Source: Botryllus schlosseri | Taxonomy: Eukaryota | Assembly: GCA_051294905.1 (NCBI GenBank) | Contig: CM119372.1 | Span: forward strand, 15,378,001-15,442,000 | DNA: 64,000 nucleotides | Reading direction: 5' to 3' | Part shown: piece by piece, positions 41,101 through 53,626 of the stretch | Position numbering within the stretch: position 1 is the first letter of the stretch | Layout: each line of letters opens with the position of its first letter | Program-made: the position numbers and the translations under genes | Notes under the pieces: generated by a model | What the model saw: the letters and a program-made list of their open reading frames with translations, nothing else | Databases searched by the model: none | Told to the model about the DNA's origin: nothing

Positions 41101-41115
41101 GTTCAAGTGGACCAT
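20121..41115 (-). CDS. Multi-exon gene of unknown family, copy B (~50 small exons; charged low-complexity body, K/E-rich exon, conserved C-terminal region)
   Basis: A chain of AG-exon-GT units with open frames, e.g. EKEDSGSEYDPRNLPFLTLVKEYLALEE (40278-40361), VLVVHNEEDLKRIPRRIQPMPKQR (~37790-37861), repeated KKIKNFPNFET exons (33186-34700) and the K/E-rich exon (~24440-25117). The last coding exon KVVPDIDIKSAIKK...EATVT* ends at 20121. The start ATG at 41115 is tentative. Confidence 0.72.
22075..23377. mobile_element. Non-autonomous hAT element
   Basis: TIR TAGGGCGATTTTTTTT; 8-bp TSD CTGATAAG; GGTCAAA subrepeats; decayed hAT C-terminal motif TTAAV*RSFSILGKLL at ~22500-22590. Confidence 0.9.
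22710..23120. mobile_element. Inverted pair of Penelope-type pLTRs with degenerate hammerhead motifs
   Basis: A minus copy at 22710-22875 and a plus copy at ~22995-23120 of the same repeat found at 7413, 52670, 53380 and 54866. Confidence 0.75.
25572..26996. mobile_element. Non-autonomous piggyBac-like element
   Basis: TTAA on both sides; TIR CCTTACTCCCGCGG / CCCTTTTCCCGCGG; single TTAA at the arm-A site (~10101). Confidence 0.85.
25641..25716 (-). mobile_element. tRNA-derived SINE head
   Basis: A box TAGCTCAGTTGG and B box GGTTCAAGTCC on the minus strand; no clean acceptor or anticodon stems. Confidence 0.55.
27703..28587. mobile_element. hAT MITE with ATCCCGGGAT subrepeats
   Basis: TIR TAG(C/G)GTTGGGAC; exact 8-bp TSD CTAGCGGT (27695-702, 28588-95). 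Confidence 0.9.
27884..28393. mobile_element. hAT Charlie/Buster-type MITE
   Basis: CAGTGGCCTCAAAC…GCGGCCCGC … GTTTGGGACCCCTG; flanks GTCTAGAA/ATCTAAAC fit a diverged nTCTAnAn target. Confidence 0.7.
33186..34700 (-). repeat. Tandem two-exon module (~320 bp period, 5 units) inside gene copy B
   Basis: Exons of ~114-117 nt (…KKIKNFPNFET…) alternate with 69-nt exons (VDKVLKDSDLILEEITQE…), and the introns are also homologous. Copy A has 3 units at 2986-3862. Confidence 0.85.
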
Positions 41116-43509
41116 TGCAGCAGTGATGGAGTTTAAAGGCCACGCTATAATAAGTTGAGTCTCACGCCATAAATAAAGTGGATGGTTGGAACATCAACAG
41201 AATAATACACAATTCAGTACTAAACAAAATAAGGAATGAATGAAATACAATCACAATGACAAGAGATTAATAGGAGATGAATAAATGCACAGAGCTGTCC
41301 GTTCAAAACTAATAAACATGTTGGCAACATACGATTATCGAACACACGGCAATTGCAATGCAAAGCAGTTGATAGCCTACGGTACCTCCTACGGTAGGCC
41401 TACATTGTGACAAAAAGGTGTGAAAACATAATAGTGTATAGTTGTGCCACCCGATCTACCGTAAGTTAATTTAGTGCGAATGCAAATCTGAACGTATGAA
41501 CAAATACAACGGTATATTCCTTTGCCTATTTGCAAAATTCGAAGAGCTAAGCTAAGTGATGACTGTCAGCTAAAAAATTGCTCTACACTTCACAGTAGCT
41601 CGTTAAGAAACACAAAAGACGATAAGCAAATGCAAAAGTTTTTACCTGCTACGAGGGCAAGAATTGCGCATTCGATAAGACGACATCGCTATCCAAGTAT
41701 TCGAGGCTCTTCACAAGGATAAAACTACTCGATAATGAAATCCTGTAAAAATATTTCTGAGATATTTCACTAGTTATTATGACATCACAATTTGTCACGT
41801 GATCTATCAGCTGACTGAGTTGCCAGGGAGCCAAAATTACAATATGCGTTGCCAGCTTAAACTCTTATATTTGAATGAAATTTTCTATTACTCAAATGAT
41901 CTGGCTATAAATCACCAACCAATATATATCGATTGTAGATTATTATGCAAAAGTTAGAACGGATTCGAAATTGAAAGCCTATCTACCGGGAAAGGGCGAT
42001 ATGTATTCTGGAAGCAGCTACCGTGACAGCAGCTGAATAATGAATAATATCTTATTGTTACGTCATATAGAGTCTCGTCATTATCGAAAGTCCACGTTTC
42101 AACCGCTAAAATAAACTGGCAAGGGTTTGCCGAACATGCAACGGCGTTTGGACTAGTGCACATTATTCAATCATGGGGATGCGATAATATTCGGTGCGAA
42201 TACAGTAACCCGCGACTCGTGAGCGTTTTTGAAATTTTTCAGCCTAGTCGCGTATATTGGACATAGACATAGGTTCACAAATGCTCGCATCGCGATTTGG
42301 CCAAATGCATACCTGGTTACAATGCAAGTCGCAAGTATATTCGTCTGGGAGTAGAGTTGATTTTGGACTTATTTATTCATAAGTTCAATAACATTTGATA
42401 TATACCTAAAAGAGAACTAACGTGCAACTCATGCTTTACGACTCTGGAGCAGCAGGTTATATCCGACTACAGCACGTTCCCAACAATGCATAATTCCTTA
42501 TTACAATAGGCAAGTCTCAGTCGTATATAATTTGTATTTTTGTAAGTTGTATAATTGTAGTTTATTCTCTAAGTAGAGTTAATTTTGGAGTTTATTCAGT
42601 CGTGGGAATTCGATAATATGATGTTTGGTATAAATAAAGTTTAATGTAGGCCTCCACTCCCGGCTCCACTAATGATTATCGAATGCAGAAGTCACCAGCA
42701 CCCGGCCCGCGAGGTCATAATTTGAGGTCCGCGACCTGATTTCAAATTTCGGAAGAGCGCTTAGTAGAGCATTTTGAATATTAAAATTGAATAAGTTTTA
42801 AAATGTTGAAACACAGATGTTTGATCGCGCGCAACCTATATTCCGTGCGACAAATGACTCTGGCATCCTGCCGGCTCACATCCTGAATTGTTTCCCGTGA
42901 AAACAGCTGGTTGGATGTTTTGTGCGGCTACAGTATACTGAACAGTAGTTCGGTCAAACCCTACAGCAAAATGGTGTGAAATAGTTTGCTAAATCTAGGA
43001 ATTACTCGCATGTTAATATTTTGGTAATTAATTGGTCACAGAGCCGGCGTAGACGGTGATTCGAAAACCAACAATAACCGCGCTCGCAAATTAACACTTC
43101 AAAAAAGTGTAAAATGGATCGCAAATCCCGCCATCGCTGACAAGATAATGTCTCGGACATAACCATCTTTAGTGACTTGGTGTTACAGATCGCTCACGCG
43201 GTGAAATTTTAGTAATCAGTTTGTCACAGAACTTGATTTCGCTGGTAAGATTTAATAAGTAACGAATAACAGAACCGCCAGTGTGGGTAACTTGAATAGC
43301 AACAAATTGTCACTTATTTCCGTCCTAACCCTAATCCTTTGTGAGGTTACCGCATACTCAAATAGGTGTGAAATAATTGTAAAATCATTAAATCATACGA
43401 TCACTCACAAAGGTAACGAATAACAGAACCACAACGGCGGCGACTTGAATACCAACAAATTGTCAATTGTCGGTATAACTCCATTTTTTTAGGAGTTCAA
43501 TCTTTTTGA

Positions 43510-46500
43510 AACTGAATATTACTTGACTTGACCAACTTTCAGCTCCGTTTTCGATTTCCACACAGTCGCTATAAGTTTTCACGCTTCTAGAATAGGATTG
43601 ACTTTAGTTGCGTCATAAGAATCATGATAATATTCAATCAATGTGATAATTTACCAACTCGAAATCTCACTCGCGCTACAAGTGAAGCTGAATTGTATCC
43701 GAATATGTTAATTTACCGCCTTGACATCAGGATAATATTATTCAAAGTCTGTAAACATGGTAATGTCTTATATCAATAATATTAAGAATGTTGATGGCGT
43801 GTTTGTCGGATTATTCACACAGTGATTTGAAACAGAACGTTGAAACTTACAACTTTATCATTGGTCTATCATTATTTTTTGTTGCAACTGAGTTTAGGGA
43901 AATGAAAGCGCTAGTACATCCCGACGTTCCAATATTTTACCACACTCAAAGGACTTATTCACAAACAACATTCACAAGTCGTAAATCCGATTTGGGCTTA
44001 CTTGATTATATCACTGCAACTTGCAAACTTGAATAATTCATCCTGACTGTACTCATATGACCGATATTTTTATTCAGCTGTAAAGCTCGTTACTATTCTG
44101 TAAGACAAAGTATTTACTAATCGGTGCATATACGACTTGACATAAACATATTATATTTTGAGTATACGAGATTTGAATACTCGTCCGATCAGGGACTGAG
44201 AATTAAATTACCACAAGTAAATCCGTATATTACACCGTAAAAAATATTTGAATGTCAGCAACTCTTTACGACATAGTTATAACCACATTAACTAAATTAT
44301 CAGCTACCCCGTCATGTTCATTCTCGAAATCAACGCAAACAATCATGATCACTGACTTGAGTTAACCACAAAACTGCATCAAGCTGTCGTATCATTCGCA
44401 TTCATCGATAGAGAATATTATTGACCTCATAACAACAAACTTTCGTTTTATTCCAACTACGAAAGATAATGCCTAATCGTAAGACTTGAAACAAACAAAT
44501 TTGTTCGATGATAACAGTCGTATAACAAAAAACACCGCCGCGATTTTATAAACCATTCATCTTGATTAACACGTCTGTGAATATTAGAACACAAGTCGAC
44601 AGACTTTCTGGTAAAAGTAGCATTCCAAATTGTAGAAATACATTCATTGTTGTCTATGTCATTCATACAAATTACATTTCTGCGACACCGAAGCAAAGTA
44701 TTATTTTTTATTTGAATAAAACAAATCGTTCATCTTCGACTTGTGGTTGTAAGGCTTAAACTAGTTGGGTACACTTATTGCTTTATATGTTAAATTCGGA
44801 ATATCAAAGACATTGGAATTGTACACCGTAATCTGGCGAATCTGGCAATCTGGTGTTTTGTATCATTGTTCATTCGCAGTATTGGAACCAAATATTATCA
44901 CAAAATCCAAATCACCGAAAGGTATTTTTCGGTTAATATGAATTTGAGTTGTAATTGAATTACTATCAATTTACCCACACAGAGCTAAATTCAGCAAGAC
45001 ACAGGAACATTCGTCGATAGAGAATATTATTGAACTCGTAAGTATTCTAAAAGAACTTTCGTTTTATTACAACCGCGAAAGATAACATCTAATCGTAGGG
45101 TAGAGTGGGGCAGCGCGCCTACCCTAAGCGGGAAACGTCATAATATCCACCAAACTGGTCGAAACGGGTTGAATTTCGGAATTTGCGCGCGAGATGTCGT
45201 CCCCACTCTGCCACGATCGTATGGAAAGTCCAAGTATCAATCATCATATGTAAAATTATCATTCATCTATGTCCACCAATTTGACGTTTTGTTTCAGGGG
45301 TGGGGCAAAACGCCTCCAATGGCTTTTACCCATTTATACCCTATTAAATATAGCATACCACTCGGTAACCGATAAATATTTAATCCCTATACATACTTCT
45401 CCGCCTCATCATGGCGTATCGGATATTTTAAAAACAAATTTCACCCAGAAATGCCAACTGATTATGAAAGTCAAAAACAAGTCGGAAGTTATTGAGACAT
45501 ATCTTGTTTAGTCGGAGGAATAGCCTATATTCCACAGCTGAATAGCAATTTTGATGGGAGTGACGTTCTCCAAGAAAGCATTCTTGATGAACCCATAAAC
45601 GACTACTAAGTCCACATTTACTGGACTTGAGGGGTGGGGCGTTTTACCCCACATATGGGGTAGGCGTTTTAGCCTCAAGGTCGCCATTGTTTGTGGATAA
45701 GCTACCAGGTGGTTTTTCTGTAAATTCACCTTCGGACTGGGGCTTAAATCCAACTACACGTAGTGAGAGCATAAATTGAACCGGAAAAGTCTCTGTAATA
45801 TCCGTTAAATATGACATTTCACTTGATTGTAAAAGGCTATCTTTTGGTAAGAATATGTGTAAAAGTCATAAAATCTCATAAAACATTACAAATCTTCATC
45901 CAGGTGGGGAAATCAAAGTGACAGTTTCGTCTGACCATTAGGCGATATTTGCGATAATGTGACGCATTCAATGCTTGTTTTGTTCTGTGATATTGATGGT
46001 GGGCGTCTTACCTCGCCTGGGCGTTTTACCCCACTCTACCCTAAGACTTGAAACAAATCACACATTTTTTGTCTTGAGTCTATAATATTTCCGTAACCTC
46101 TGAATATTATTTTGACTTGACCAACTTCCAGCTCCGTTTCGGATTATTTGCGCGACTGCTATATGTTTCAGACCTCTGGAATGGAGGTTGACTTTAGTTG
46201 TGTGGTAAGAATCACGAGAATACTCGATCAATATGCTAATTCGCCAACTTGAAATCCGAATATGTTAATTACCTCCTTGACATCAAGATAATATTATTTC
46301 AGATCCGTCAAATAGAGTTGCTTGTCTTTTTGATTATTTACATATTGATTTGAAAAATACAGACCCATGAATTCCACAACTTTATTAACAATCCAGTTAT
46401 TTTTTTCGTCGCTGGAGATGTAATCGTTAGTACATCTTACCATGCTCAAAAGAATTATACACAAAAACATTCTCAAGTGTTAAATCCACTTTTCACTTGC

Positions 46501-46742
46501 TTGATTAAATCACTACAACTTGCAAACGTGAATTAATTCACTCTGGTTGTATTCATATGACCGATTAATTCACTCTGGTGGTATTCATATGACCGATAAT
46601 TTTTATTCAACTGTAAAAGTCGTTAATATTCTGTAAGTAAAAGTTATTTTCTAATCGGTGCATATACGACTTGACATAAACATATTATGTTTCGAATATA
46701 CAAGATTTGATTACCTGGTCAATCGCAGAAGAGAATTAATTA
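43510..46742. repeat. Diverged direct duplication (43510-~44210 vs 46099-~46742; also 44400-44500 vs 45010-46060)
   Basis: Shared blocks such as CTGAATATTA…TTGACTTGACCAACTT.CAGCTCCGTTT and CTAATCGGTGCATATACGACTTGACATAAACATATTAT. Confidence 0.8.
45098..46041. mobile_element. TA-targeting (Tc1/mariner/pogo-like) non-autonomous element
   Basis: TA|GGGTAGAGTGGGG … CCCCACTCTACCC|TA. The empty site AATCGTAAGACTTGAAACAAA is at 44475. Confidence 0.88.
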
Positions 46743-47081
46743 GTAGGCCATACAATACGAAAAAAATAATATAGTTTTGACTCTTGGATAAATTTTATGG
46801 TGGTGTGTGATTGGATTAACTCGATATTCTCATAGCGCATAAACTGTACAATGGTTGACTATGTAAACTACCATGATTCAGTCATATGTTATTGGCATAC
46901 CTGGAAGTGTTGGTACTGGAGCAGTTTCTTGCTTGAGTTTGTCTGTCACGTATCCGACTTATCGAAATATTGAAAATAGTCCAACACAAAAATCACATTG
47001 GAGTTTTATTAGAATGAATATTAATTTTATTTTCTGATCATGAATTCATGATAAACCACATATGCTAAAGGTGATAAGAGG

Positions 47082-47291
47082 ATGTACCATCAATCAATAC
47101 TTATGGATCATGATGAAATTGAAATTCCTTACGGGATCTATCATAAAACTACGACCGAATTGGATGTAAAGAATATCGTGAATGGTCTCACGGAGAACTC
47201 TCGCATGTACGAGTTAGAATTCCGCCAATGCCATCTCAATGAGAATCTTGTAAAGATGATATTGGACCAAATTCACGAATTTGAATTTGAG
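47082..47291 (+). pseudogene. Isolated exon-like ORF, possibly LRR-like
   Basis: Open frame …VKNIVNGLTENSRMYELEFRQCHLNENLVKMILDQIHEFEFE followed by donor GTAAAC; no intact downstream acceptor found. Confidence 0.3.
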
Positions 47292-47497
47292 GTAAACACA
47301 TTTACACATTCCACTCACAGTCACTGAGCATTATAAACCACGTTCAATTTAAGCATGTTAACCGTATAATATACTGAGGTGGCTTAAATAAAAAACTTTA
47401 GTCATGACCGCATTGTTTCATATTGATATTGTTATTACGGGGAAATTGAAGGTATCGTGCCGAGCAATGCTTAATTGCACACCGGTGTAGCCATTTA

Positions 47498-49500
47498 TCG
47501 CAATGCTAACAACCAAATCCAATTCGCCATCGGTCCAATAGGACTCGGTCTCAATCTGGTGGTCACGGCCTCGATGTCGATGTTGATGTCGATGTAGGAG
47601 ACAACACTCTTGCCATCGCAAAGGCAATGGCTGACGCCAATGCTAACAACCAAATCCAATTCGCCATCGGCCCAATAGGACTCGGTCTCAATCTGGTGGT
47701 CACGGCCTCGATGTCGATGTTGATGTCGATGTAGCAGACAACACTCTTGCCATCGCAAATGCTATGGCTGACGCCAATGCTAGCAACCAAATCCAATTCG
47801 CCATCGGCCCAATAGGACTCCGTCTACATCTGGTGGTCACGGCCTCGATGTCGATGTTGATGTCGATGTAGCAGACAACACTCTTGCCATCGCAAATGCA
47901 ATGGCTGACGCCAATGCTAACAACCAATCCAATTCGCCATCGGCCCAATAGGACTCGGTCTCAATCTGGTGGTCACGGCCTTGATGTCGATGTAGCAGAC
48001 AACAAACACTCTTGCCATCGCAAATGCTATGGCCGGCGCCAATGCTAACAACCAAATCCAATTCGCCATCGGCCCAATAGGACTAGGTCTCAATCTGGTG
48101 GTCACGGCCTCGATGTCGATGTAGCAGACAACACTCTTGCCATCGCAAATGCTATGGCCGACGCCAATGCTAACAACCAAATCCAATTCGCCATCGGCCC
48201 AATAGGACTAGGTCTCAATCTGGTGGTCACGGCCTCGATGTCGATGTTGATGTCGATGTAGCAGACAACACTCTTGTCATCGCAAAGGCAATGGCTGACG
48301 CCAATGCTAACAACCAAATCCAATTCGCCATCGGCCCAATAGGATTCGGTCTCAATCTGGTGGTCACGGCCTCGATGTCGATGTTGATGCCGATGTAGCA
48401 GACAACACTCTTGCCATCGCAAATGCTATGGCTGACGCCAATGCTAACAACCAAATCCAATTCGCCATCGGCCCAATAGGACTCGGTCTCAATCTGGTGG
48501 TCACGGCCTCGATGTCGATGTTGATGTCGATGTAGCAGACGACACTCTTGCCATCGCAAATGCTATGGCTGACGCCAATGCTAACAACCAAATCCAATTC
48601 GCCATCGGCCCAATAGGACTCGGTCTCAATCTGGTGGTCACGGCCGCGATGTCGATGTAGCAGACAACACTCTTGCCATCGCAAATGCTATGGCTGACGC
48701 CAATGCTAACAACCAAATCCAATTCGCCATCGGCCCAATAGGACTCGGTCTCAATCTGGTGGTCACGGCCACGATGTCGATGTCGATGTTGATGTCGATG
48801 TAGCAGACAACACTCTTGCCATCGCAAATGCTATGGCCGACGCCAATGCTAACAACCAAATCCAATTCGCCATCGGCCCAATGGGACTCGGTCTCAATCT
48901 GGTGGTCACGGCCTCGATGTCGATGTTGATGTCGATGTAGCAGACAACACTCTTGCCATCGCAAATGCAATGGCTGACGCCAATGCTAACAACCAAATCC
49001 AATTCGCCATCGGCCCAATAGGACTCGGTCTCAATCTGGTGGTCACGGCCTCGATGTCGATGTAGCAGACAACACTCTTGCCATCGCAAATGCTATGGCT
49101 GACGCCAATGCTAACAACCAAATCCAATTCGCCATCGGCCCAATAGGACTCGGTCTCAATCTGGTGGTCACGGCCACGATGTCGATGTCGATGTTGATGT
49201 CGATGTAGCAGACAACACTCTTGCCATCGCAAATGCTATGGCCGACGCCAATGCTAACAACCAAATCCAATTCGCCATCGGCCCAATAGGACTCGGTCTC
49301 AATCTGGTGGTCACGGCCTCGATGTCGATGTTGATGTCGATGTAGCAGACAACACTCTTGCCATCGCAAAGGCAATGGCTGACGCCAATGCTAACAACCA
49401 AATCCAATTCGCCATCGGCCCAATAGGACTCGGTCTCAATCTGGTGGTCACGGCCTCGATGTCGATGTAGCAGACAACACTCTTGCCATCGCAAGTGCTA
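47498..49500 (+). repeat. Tandem array of 15 near-identical units, mostly 125/137/143 bp, derived from a coding repeat
   Basis: The marker GGTCACGGCC occurs at 47561, 47698, 47835, 47971, 48100, 48225, 48362, 48499, 48636, 48761, 48904, 49041, 49166, 49309 and 49446. Length varies mainly by GATGTY hexamers. Confidence 0.97.
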
Positions 49501-50494
49501 TGGCCGACGCCAATGCTAACAACCAAATCCAATTCGCCATCGGCTCAATGGGACTCGGCGCCAATGTGGATGGTGATCATTCTGGCGGTCACCTCGTAGA
49601 AGTCGATCTAGCAGTCAACACACTTGCAATCGCTGACGCAATTGCTCATGCCAAAGCCAGCAACCAATTTCAATTCGCCATCGGCCCAATGGGACTCGGC
49701 GCCAACGTAGAAGGTGATCAATGATCATTCTGGCAGTCACGAAATCGATGTCGATGTAGAAAACAACATTTTTGCAATCGCTGTCGCTATTGCTCACGCC
49801 AAAGCCTACAACCAATTTCAATTCGCCATCGGCCCAATGGGACTCGGCGTCAATGTGGAAGGTGATCATTCTGGCTGTCACGGCGTCGATGTCGATGTAG
49901 AAGACAACACTCTTGCCTTTGATGACGCAATTGCTCACGCCGAAAGAAACGACCAATTCCAATTCGCCGTCGGCCCAATGGGACTCGACGTCAATGTGGA
50001 AGATGATCATTCTGGCGGTAACGGCGTCGATGTAGATGTAGAACAGTGGCTCCCAACGTGACTGATATCGTCCCCAGGGGGCGATTTGACGGTCTAGGGG
50101 GGCGAAAATAACGGAGGGGCGACAGGGGGGCGAAAACGGACGAAGGTGGTGATGCTATTGCTCACGACAACGCCAACAACAACGTCCAATTCGCCATGGG
50201 ACCAATGGGACTCGGCCTGAATGTAGATGGTGATCATTCTGGCGATCACGGCGTCAACGCAGACGTAGCAGACAACACTCCTGCCATCGCTGAAGCACAT
50301 GTCGCTAGCGGACTCGCAGTCGATGTGACCACCGACGGAGGTTAAAGGACAGTATGGCGACCTCTTCGCTGGTTTGAGCATGGGCGGAATCAACCTCAAT
50401 CTCGGAAACAACGCCGGTGCTAAAGCAATCGCAACCGGCGGACCTCACTACGGAAGCAGTGATGCTATTGCTCACGCCAACGCCAACAACAGTT
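49500..50494 (+). pseudogene. Disrupted repeat-protein coding sequence (141-bp / 47-aa units rich in D, V, A, N, G)
   Basis: Units such as DVDVENNIFAIAVAIAHAKAYNQFQFAIGPMGLGVNVEGDHSGCHG. It is broken by a 7-bp duplication at ~49720, a hAT-like end at 50044-50137 and a stop/frameshift at ~50343. Confidence 0.75.
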
Positions 50495-50691
50495 ACTGTG
50501 ATGAAATATGTGGTATAGGCGACAATGCGGTGTGAACGGAACCACGCATTCCGGTATCGAAATTATATTCATCGATAATTTCGGTAAAACATATTTGCCA
50601 CTCCATATCTACGGTGCGCGAAACGCAACGAAAATTCTGGGTATTACGTGACTTTTATGAAAATGAAATGTTGTTACTACGTGAAAACAGC

Positions 50692-51776
50692 CCTTTGCAC
50701 AACGGAAATTCAAATTCTCCTGTATCAATTGGTCATTCTACCAAGATTACAGAGGAGTATAAAACCATAAAATTTGTCCTTGAAAGGCTTGACTACAATA
50801 CTCATATGTGTCTCATTTCTTTTGACTGGTAAATGGATAATTTTCCACTGATTTAACAAAGTGGTATAGCCTACCTAGTAACCCTATCAAACGAGAAGCT
50901 TAAATCTGGTGTCGGGTATATTCGAATACCGATGAAAGATTCCAATTTCACATTAGGAAGGAGTTCACAGCATGTCATTTCTCCTAAGATGTAGTAAATA
51001 AAACTTTTTAGATGATCGCAAAGCACCCAACTACAAACAGTTGGTCCGGAAATTCGTATCTGCATATCGAACACTTGAGCACAAACATGAGCATAAAAGC
51101 TCACTTCCTGTTCAGTCATCTTGATATATTACCTTATCATCTTGTTGATTAGCAAGGGAAGAGGTTCTACCAAGACATCAGAACAACAAACGAAAGATAC
51201 CAGAGCAGATGAAATGAACCATTGCGCATATTATATCAGACTATTTCCGGAACCTTTCGAGAAACTGCACTAAATAGCTTACAGGCGAAAATCGTACAAA
51301 AAACAATTTCGATTTAAAATATATCAGTAATCTTGTATTGTAACTGATTATTTCAAATTTATGATAGGTGGTTGACGAAAAACTGATGGAATTAATGTCA
51401 CGTTATTTGAGTATCTAGGTAAATAGTTATATACATGACGGGAGTTTATTTATGTACATGATATCCGTGAAAGTCAGTAGCTATGATAAATCCATTACCC
51501 CTAAATATAGTGCTGTTGCTGTATTTTGATTTAAAATGGTCTTCTGTGTGTAAAAATAACAAGTAGATTGAATTTCTAAACTTTATAGTACCACTAAACC
51601 GATTTTATATCTAGTCAATACCGCGAAAATGAGAGATTTTGGTCAAAATAGCCCCATGGGTTATCTCCACAACAAGGGCCAATTTGAAAAAACTAAGGTC
51701 ATATTCGGAATCAGTGCCCTTCAGAACCCCCAAAACCACTCTTACTTTGTCTGCCTAAAATATGTGTTGACCAGTG
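50692..51776 (+). mobile_element. Decayed Chapaev3-like transposon (transposase remnant and right end)
   Basis: Remnants LHNGNSNSPVSIGHSTKITEEYKTIKFVLERLDY, LSNEKLKSG and QGxRFYQDIRTTNERYQ; terminus …TGTGTTGACCAGTG. Confidence 0.75.
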
Positions 51777-51837
51777 TTATCAGCATTCTTTCTGAATTTC
51801 AAGTTAGAATCGTAGTAGGATTGGACATGGATTAGGA

Positions 51838-53237
51838 CAGTGGTTCTCAACCTTTTTCGCTTCGCGGACCCCTTTTCATCGTCACAGACCCTCGCGGACC
51901 CCCTCAAGTTCTAGTTCAATTTTACCTCTATTATGGTGCAACAATCATCTGTCTTGTGCAAATATATGAACTGTGTGTAGGCTTGTGATAAACAGCAAAA
52001 TAATGCTTTTCTTCAAGATAACATCATACTATTTATGTTGAAATTGGTTGACTTTTATTATTTCAAAGCTAATTTTGCTGCTGTATTTCTTGAACTACGT
52101 GGTTGTGTTTTGAAAATCCGCGTCTTCGATTTGATACGAACGAGGAGTGCCGAAAACCATTTCCGCAAAGATAGGTGGAAGCTAATGCAATATTAACGCA
52201 TAACGCTTCCGACGATGTATGATCGCAACATTTATGGCACCAGAATGAATTAAGAAACACATATTTTGTGATCATATCACGTCCAGCATCTAGCGCAGGG
52301 CTTGCAGATGGTTTCTACCGTCAAAGTGAAATCCTAATCCAAAATTCGAGACAAATTTTATGCTCCAAATAATGGATCCACATTTTCCAACCAGAGAAAG
52401 ACTGTCATGAAACGACTTGTTCTGTTCGGGTTTACATAAATATATTTACGAGCAAACATTTTCGACCATGAACAAATGACCATTAACAAGACAAGGCTGC
52501 ATACCAATACAACTGGTGATTGAATTTCAGGGTTGGGGCGTAATGCTTTGATAGCAACGAAACACTCCTTGTTCATAAAGAAATCAGCCTGGTCGATAGG
52601 GCATTCGCACTAAGAATGCGCCAAATCTGATAGCCGAGCTTTGAGAGCAGGTGTATCAATTGTCCGATTTATGACGAGTGTCAGCCGAAAATATTCGGGT
52701 TCATTTCAATGTGAACATACTCTTCAATTGTATATTACAGTCCTGTACCTCCAAGAAGCAGTTCCTTGTATTGGGACAAATTATCAAAAACTCCGGAAAT
52801 TTTTTTTCAAACGACTGTTCAGTGCTCACTAATGTGATGAGACTGACAAATTCTAATGGAGGTTTCGCAGACATTACGAAGTCACCCTGATTGACGTTAC
52901 TATTTCCATATTTTTATTTTTTCCACAAACCCAAACAAAACGTCTCTAAACAGCAATATGTTTGTATCAGCAGATTATTGGAATATTGGCAATGAAAATG
53001 AGTTTCCACACTACGATAGTCCATGTCAAACGATTATTATGATCATAGCCTTTATAAAGGGTATTAAGGCTATGTTATGATGATATGAGTCACGAGGTTT
53101 TAGCAGTTGTGGTGCGAAACCGCCTCATGCTTTCTCAAAATAAAAAATAAAATAAAAATTAGGTTATCAACAATTTTAAAAATTTAGAGGCCTCGCGGAC
53201 CCCTAGGGGTCCGCGGACCCCCGGTTGAGAATCGCTG
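51838..53237 (-). mobile_element. hAT Buster/Charlie-type deletion derivative
   Basis: TIR CAG(T/C)G(G/A)TTCTCAACC; exact TSD GATTAGGA; minus-strand dimerisation-domain remnant SEAL…ASTYLCGNGF at ~52120-52215. Confidence 0.9.
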
Positions 53238-53441
53238 GATTAGGATATCAAAATTCCAAATCCGCTCATCTTTGCCGTGTAGCATTGCAAGTTCCGCGGT
53301 TCGCTCGTTTCGCCATTTAGAGTTGCCAGTTGCTGATTCTACGTCGCTTGCGCGCGCAGTTCCGGTTACCCGATACATATTTTGTGATACGATTGTTGAT
53401 ATACAATGTTCTTTCCAATTCTCTACTAGTTGCTGACGATT

Positions 53442-53475
53442 ACCCCTGACGAGTGTCAGCCGAAAATATTCGGGT
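53442..53475 (+). ncRNA. Minimal type I hammerhead ribozyme motif (Penelope-type)
   Basis: ACCC-CTGACGA-G-TGTCAGC-C-GAAA-ATAT-TC-GGGT: full catalytic core, stem I ACCC/GGGU, palindromic AUAU loop III, UC cleavage site. Confidence 0.8.
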
Positions 53476-53626
53476 TCATTTCAATATGAATATACTATTT
53501 AATGGTCATATTTTAGTAGCCTAGCCTAGCCATAATAACAAATAGTGATATGGTACTAAGTTCAAGTATAATGGTACGTAATAATACGCTGTTCTTTCGA
53601 ATTCTCTACTAGTTGCTAACGATTAC

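Noticed and set aside
47498..49500. CRISPR-like array
   Set aside because: Units are contiguous near-identical repeats without unique spacers; eukaryotic context; no cas genes.
47418..49532. Overlapping minus-strand ORFs (RWQECCLLHRH…) as real genes
   Set aside because: They arise from frame cycling through units of length 2 mod 3. The diverged units show the coding pattern is on the + strand.
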